From contig OZ244991.1 in assembly GCA_965223335.1 (NCBI GenBank), forward strand, positions 2,496,001 to 2,560,000: a stretch of DNA of 64,000 nucleotides, written 5' to 3'. Numbering within the stretch: the first letter of the stretch is position 1; each line of letters begins with the position of its first letter. Shown piece by piece: positions 59,221-64,000 of the stretch. The translations under genes were made by a program, and so were the position numbers. This stretch comes from Thermodesulfobacteriota bacterium. Lineage in GTDB: Bacteria > Desulfobacterota_D > UBA1144 > Nemesobacterales > UBA2774. The notes under the pieces are model-generated. The model had not been told where the DNA came from, made no database searches, and saw only the letters and a program-made list of their open reading frames with translations.

Positions 59221-60531
59221 CTATTTTAATTCCTCAACATTTCCTCGGTTCAGATACCCGTCGTCCACATCCTCCCACTCAAAATGCTCAAGCTCAGTCC
59301 AACTACTTAGCTCATCCCCTACAATCAACACCGCTCGATAGCCGTCAGTCCACCAGGGCTGTCCATAGAAATTACTATGCGGCTTCTCCCTTGTCGCACG
59401 CCCCACCCCGGCCACATAGCCCGACTTGTTCACCCCCTGCGAGAATACTAGGTCCTCCGCCAAAAAATCCCTGATCTCATCCACATCGGGGTCAATCTCC
59501 TGCGACATAAACCAGTACTTACGCACCCTCAGGTCAGACCCAATATCGCGTATAATCGAACCCAGCCACACATAGTCCCCCCGGTAACGAAACGGTGCCA
59601 GCCAAAGACGCACTTCATTGCGCTGCCTATAGAGCGTGCCTTCGGTCTGCCGGGACTTTTGGAAACCTATATCCTGGCGACGGCCGTATAAATACTGATT
59701 GCTCATGGGTTGCGTGCGGTAGCGCGCGGTGTTAAAAATCTTATCGAAGTCGAGCTTAAACTCCTCGGATTTAGCCTCGGTCACATCCCACCTCCGCCTC
59801 ACAAACGCCGCAAACATATCCTCCGGGTCACCGATTATCACCACGTTAAGCGCATTGCCGAGTTCCCTGCCGTCCTCGCTCGTGGTGCAGCACTCGATAG
59901 ACTCCAATACCCCTCGCAATTCCTCCTCGGTGCGGTAGTCCACTATCTCCCGGTCGCTGTATAAACCGTGAAAGTCCACGACCTGGTAATCGGTCTGTAT
60001 ACCCGGGACCTGGAAATAGAATATAAACCTCTCGAGCCTGTCCAACCCATAGAGTGCTATGTTCACGTATTTTATTGCAGGGTCTAGGTTCGTATACACA
60101 AAACCCGCTTTGCGTTTCCCTGGGAGCAGATACGTACTCTCAAACGCCAGGTCCTCGAACAACACGTCCATCTGCTCGTTAGCCGCACGCCCCATCTTAA
60201 AGTGATTTAGCCACGCAACCTCGTTGGCCGAGAAGTAATTCTGGTCAAGTGTAATCGGGAGAAAAGCAAACGGGATATCAGCGTTGTTCTCAATATCGAC
60301 CCATACAGGTTGAACTCCCTTAGTGGCAAGGTCCACCCCAAACACCTCCTTACTCTCATCTCGGTTTAGCACCGCAACAGTAACCTTGAGGCCGCCCTGC
60401 TCCTCGGTCTGTGCTCTCTCTAGATATGAGACCTGGTCTATCGGGGTAGGTGAAAATGTTGCAGCACACCCCCAGGCAGTTAAAGCTACAAGTGTTATCC
60501 AAAACTGCTTCGATGCTCCAATCTGGGCCAT
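59221..60531 (-). CDS. LssY C-terminal domain lipoprotein, tandem paralog
   Basis: Lipobox AWGC; colinear similarity to 57814-59217. Confidence 0.75.
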   Translation of the reverse strand: MAQIGASKQFWITLVALTAWGCAATFSPTPIDQVSYLERAQTEEQGGLKVTVAVLNRDESKEVFGVDLATKGVQPVWVDIENNADIPFAFLPITLDQNYFSANEVAWLNHFKMGRAANEQMDVLFEDLAFESTYLLPGKRKAGFVYTNLDPAIKYVNIALYGLDRLERFIFYFQVPGIQTDYQVVDFHGLYSDREIVDYRTEEELRGVLESIECCTTSEDGRELGNALNVVIIGDPEDMFAAFVRRRWDVTEAKSEEFKLDFDKIFNTARYRTQPMSNQYLYGRRQDIGFQKSRQTEGTLYRQRNEVRLWLAPFRYRGDYVWLGSIIRDIGSDLRVRKYWFMSQEIDPDVDEIRDFLAEDLVFSQGVNKSGYVAGVGRATREKPHSNFYGQPWWTDGYRAVLIVGDELSSWTELEHFEWEDVDDGYLNRGNVEELK

Positions 60532-60710
60532 ATGAATCTTACAATACTAAAAATCTAATCTGCAACCACAATCGGAACTTTACTCTAGGGCTTTATTCGC
60601 AGTCTACATTTGTCTTTGATAGCACTTCGTGTCATTGCGATAGTCCTAGTCACCTTGCAGCATACAGAAACTCGCTAGTGGGCAGCTCCATCGAGATTGC
60701 CTGTGGCGAA

Positions 60711-62804
60711 TTATTTTTTTGGAGAGCCGATTAACGGAGTCTTAACCGGTTTTGCAAGCCCAATAAACACCACTATCTCGTGTCCACCCGGGTTTTGAGG
60801 AACCGCAAGAATCTCCCAGTTATTAGTGAGCCACACATTACCGGACGGATCTATTGCCACACCCGTGTTACGAACCAAGGCGTCACTGTTATAACCCCCC
60901 TCGGGCGATATAGGGTCTCCTGTACTAAAACCCGGGGGGCAGTTCTCGGGCACTGCACCACAAAAGTGCGACACGCGCTTGCCCTCAAAGTTGGCTACCC
61001 ACACGTTATCGTGTCCATCCACCGCAATGCCCCACGGCAAAAGTAACCCGCCACCCTTATAAGGTGCGTCCTCAGCCGGTGTGCCGTCGGATTCGATCAT
61101 TGTTATCGAAGCGTCTCGGCCGATAAACTCTTGTGCCAGGATTAAAAAAACCACCTCTGCGAGCGAAGGAACATCGCTTCCGTCACAGGGTGTGCGAATA
61201 AACCCGGAATTAGATACCCATACGTTGCCGAGGCTGTCGCTTGCGATTCCCATCGGAAAACTGATCCCGGCGTCACTTGCCTCGGTACCGCTGATAGAGT
61301 GCAGCAGATTACCATCGGTGTCGAACGCGAGCACGCTGTCATTGGCGTTGTTGGTAACCCATGCATTTCCCATGGTATCGATCGCAATATCAAAGGGTTT
61401 AGATAATATCGATGTGCCTGTGCCATCCTCAGGAGCGATGACAAATGCTTCATCCGGGTCGCCTCCCGGGAACTGGATCACACTGTCGCCGCTACAGTTG
61501 GCGATCCATATGTTGCCCTGGGTATCAGAGACCGTACCTTGCGGCTGCCGTATCGCATTACCCGCCCCCTTAAATCCCCCATGGTCCTGGCCGGATTCGT
61601 TACCCTGGCTGTTAGGTGAGATCGGCGTGCCGTCCGATGCAAATTTCGAGACCGTCTGCGACAACTCCTCTATGTCAAAGGGACAATTAGTGCCCTGAAA
61701 ACCAAAGTTCCCCACCCATACGTTACCATCGGGATCAAGCGTAATTCCAAAACCCACACCGTATACCCCGCCGCCCTGATAAGGTGCCCCCGGAAAGTCT
61801 TCCCCAGTGGGGGTGAACTTGAGCACATGGTCGTCGCCACATACCTTGCCTTGCGGATCCAAAGGATCTAGGTCAAATACATAGTTGTTCGTGATCCAGG
61901 CGTTACCATCTTTGTCAAAGGCAATATTGCCGGGCCCGTTCAGCTCTTGGCCGTTACCATCGTATCTGATGGCAAGCGTCCATGCGTTTAGTTCTGCACC
62001 GGTTGCGAGTGCTGGTACGTATAGAGGTTGTTGTAGAGAGAGAGCTAACAGGCTCTCAACGTTCTGCCAGGGGAAATGTGCGATGTTTACTGCGGCTCGA
62101 AATGTATTAGTGGGTGCATTGCCCTGGGGTGGTGTGGCAAGAGAAAAAAGCACAGAACATTCCGACTCCGTTCTCACACAAGCCGCGAGCATGTTAGCGA
62201 GCGAATTCAACGTAGCCATAGTCGTGGTACTTACACCATTAGGAAAAGTCCCGAGCGCAAGTCCTATATCCCCCGTCTCAATGTCTACGAGGTTTCTTAA
62301 GATCAAAGCCGCATTCTGCAACCCGGGCTCCTTTCCACCGATACCGACCGGTGTAATGAATTGGGCCATAGCATACGAGGTCGCAATGGTTGTCCTCTCG
62401 TTTATTACAATTTGTGTCGGCACCGGTCGCTGGCCTAGTACCGTGGCCAGCCGAATAAAATCCGGTCCAGTGTTTTGCCTTGCCCCTGACAGGTTAGTAA
62501 AAGCGCTATCGGCAGTAAGGTACAGCACCGCTTTTTGATCTGTTGGGGCGCGATATGAAATGCTGAAAAAACCGGTAGCATCGCTTACGGCCTCTCCAAG
62601 CACCCCGGGCCCCTGCCCCGTCCCCGTAACGTAGAGGGTCACAGCAGATGACTCGATGGGCAGATTACCACTCAGAACAAACCCGTTTACAGTATCTAAT
62701 TTGTCACTTGACGAGCATGAAAGCAACGAAAATGCCATTAGGGCAAAGCACAAAATACGAAGGTATGAAAAATTGATCAGTTGGATCTTTTTGACGGATA
62801 GCAT
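60711..62804 (-). CDS. NHL/Vgb-like beta-propeller lipoprotein
   Basis: Lipobox LLSC; repeated 'IA.D..GN.W..N'. Confidence 0.8.
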   Translation of the reverse strand: MLSVKKIQLINFSYLRILCFALMAFSLLSCSSSDKLDTVNGFVLSGNLPIESSAVTLYVTGTGQGPGVLGEAVSDATGFFSISYRAPTDQKAVLYLTADSAFTNLSGARQNTGPDFIRLATVLGQRPVPTQIVINERTTIATSYAMAQFITPVGIGGKEPGLQNAALILRNLVDIETGDIGLALGTFPNGVSTTTMATLNSLANMLAACVRTESECSVLFSLATPPQGNAPTNTFRAAVNIAHFPWQNVESLLALSLQQPLYVPALATGAELNAWTLAIRYDGNGQELNGPGNIAFDKDGNAWITNNYVFDLDPLDPQGKVCGDDHVLKFTPTGEDFPGAPYQGGGVYGVGFGITLDPDGNVWVGNFGFQGTNCPFDIEELSQTVSKFASDGTPISPNSQGNESGQDHGGFKGAGNAIRQPQGTVSDTQGNIWIANCSGDSVIQFPGGDPDEAFVIAPEDGTGTSILSKPFDIAIDTMGNAWVTNNANDSVLAFDTDGNLLHSISGTEASDAGISFPMGIASDSLGNVWVSNSGFIRTPCDGSDVPSLAEVVFLILAQEFIGRDASITMIESDGTPAEDAPYKGGGLLLPWGIAVDGHDNVWVANFEGKRVSHFCGAVPENCPPGFSTGDPISPEGGYNSDALVRNTGVAIDPSGNVWLTNNWEILAVPQNPGGHEIVVFIGLAKPVKTPLIGSPKK

Positions 62805-62972
62805 TTGCTACATCTCCTCCCCATTCAAATATTTATTGATGAATCCACCAGATGTGCGGGCACACACAACTTTACTAATTCATACTATACCTCAATTACA
62901 AATTATAAGGTAAGCATGTCAATTTTTTATTAGGAAGATAAAAAAGGTTACGAATTGGCATTATCCATCCTC

Positions 62973-64000
62973 TTAATCGGCACAGTACTCCTCAATATCC
63001 TTTCTTGCCTGCTCTATCCCCATATCGAGTGCCTTGGTAAAATTCTCGCAGCTCGCGGTCCGATTATCCTTATAACGCAGCGCCAGTCCTTTCTTGTAGT
63101 AGACGTCGGGGCGTTTGGGATTTATCTCAATCGCCTTATCAAAATCAGCCAAGGCACCGTCGTAGTCCTTCATCAGAGCCTTGCTTACCCCCCTGTTGAC
63201 GTAGGCCTGTAGAAAATCGGGATTAAGCTCTATGGCCCTATTATAGTTCTCAACGGCTGCTTGATAGTCCTTGAGTTCATACATCACATAGCCCATGTTT
63301 TGGTGTGCCTGCTCTGAGTTGGGGTTAAGCTCTATAGCTTTTTTAAAATCCCTACGCGCCCCCTCCAAATTCTTGAGCTTCCCCTTCAAGCGGCCTCGGT
63401 TATTATAGGCATCAGAGTACATAGGGTCTAGCTCAATGGCCTTGTTGTAATCTGCCATGGCACCAATCGTATCGCCCAAAGCGTCCTTTATGTTGGCTCT
63501 GTTATAATAGGCCAATACAAATCTCGGGTTCAATTCGATCGCTTTTGAATAGTCCTCGAGGGCCCCCTTTTTGTCACCCATAATGACCAACACATTACCC
63601 CTGTTGTTATATGCCATAGAGAACTCTGGTTTAATCTTTATGGCCTGGTTAAAATCAGAGATCGCCCCCTTCAAGTCGCCCTGCCTCTTCCTTAGATTGC
63701 CCCTGTTGTTCCATGCCATCACAAAATCCGGATCAAGCTCAATCACCTTGTTAAAATCCTTGAGCGCTCCCGGGTAATCACCTGCATTATCCCTGATGTT
63801 GCCTCTGTTATTATATGCAGCAGCAAATTCCGGATTGATCTCTATAGTCTTGTTATAGTCATCCATCGCTCCTTTTACATTTCCCATATAACCCTTAGTC
63901 ACTCCCCTCACATAGTACGCTCTAGCCAATGTAGGATCGAGCTCAATGGCCTTGTTAAAGTCCAGTACTGCTTGGGCATAGTTGCCCTCCTCTCCTTTTT
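62973..64000 (-). CDS. Multi-TPR protein, 5' end beyond the window
   Basis: At least eight regular 'AY.NRG...GA..D..KAIE.NP' repeats; frame open to the window edge. Confidence 0.9.
   Translation of the reverse strand, partial: KGEEGNYAQAVLDFNKAIELDPTLARAYYVRGVTKGYMGNVKGAMDDYNKTIEINPEFAAAYNNRGNIRDNAGDYPGALKDFNKVIELDPDFVMAWNNRGNLRKRQGDLKGAISDFNQAIKIKPEFSMAYNNRGNVLVIMGDKKGALEDYSKAIELNPRFVLAYYNRANIKDALGDTIGAMADYNKAIELDPMYSDAYNNRGRLKGKLKNLEGARRDFKKAIELNPNSEQAHQNMGYVMYELKDYQAAVENYNRAIELNPDFLQAYVNRGVSKALMKDYDGALADFDKAIEINPKRPDVYYKKGLALRYKDNRTASCENFTKALDMGIEQARKDIEEYCAD

Overview
Gene-dense bacterial chromosomal segment with no rRNA, tRNA, CRISPR array or transposase that I can recognise. The clade II nos cluster, the many lipoproteins and the 'GC-TM-RR' C-terminal tails suggest a Ca. 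Dadabacteria/Desulfobacterota_D-like or deltaproteobacterial host (inference only). Recognisable content: a clade II nitrous oxide reductase cluster (cyt c-nosZ-orf-nosB-nosD-nosF-nosY-nosL), a MarR/rhodanese/DoxX locus with a shared palindromic operator, an ECF sigma/anti-sigma operon, a sulfotransferase-AsnB-SGNH glycan-modification locus with a frameshifted flippase, two paralogous amidohydrolase lipoproteins, two acyl-CoA dehydrogenases, two MFS transporters, tandem LssY-C lipoproteins with a UbiD-family decarboxylase, an RHH-Doc toxin-antitoxin pair and an AT-rich island at about 45.9-51.5 kb. Most unusual observations: (1) an in-frame HicA-HicB fusion preceded by a 45-aa ribbon-helix-helix gene missing from the ORF track, each gene carrying the same 18-20 bp palindrome upstream; (2) a surface-anchored thaumatin/PR-5-like protein with an intact acidic cleft; (3) a self-contained ~160-nt transcription unit with a near-consensus promoter, five hairpins, a terminator and a 9-aa ORF (MGDCDSPPC); (4) a diverged, hairpin-conserving direct repeat flanking the thaumatin locus. 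All calls come from reading the sequence; no searches or computations were run.
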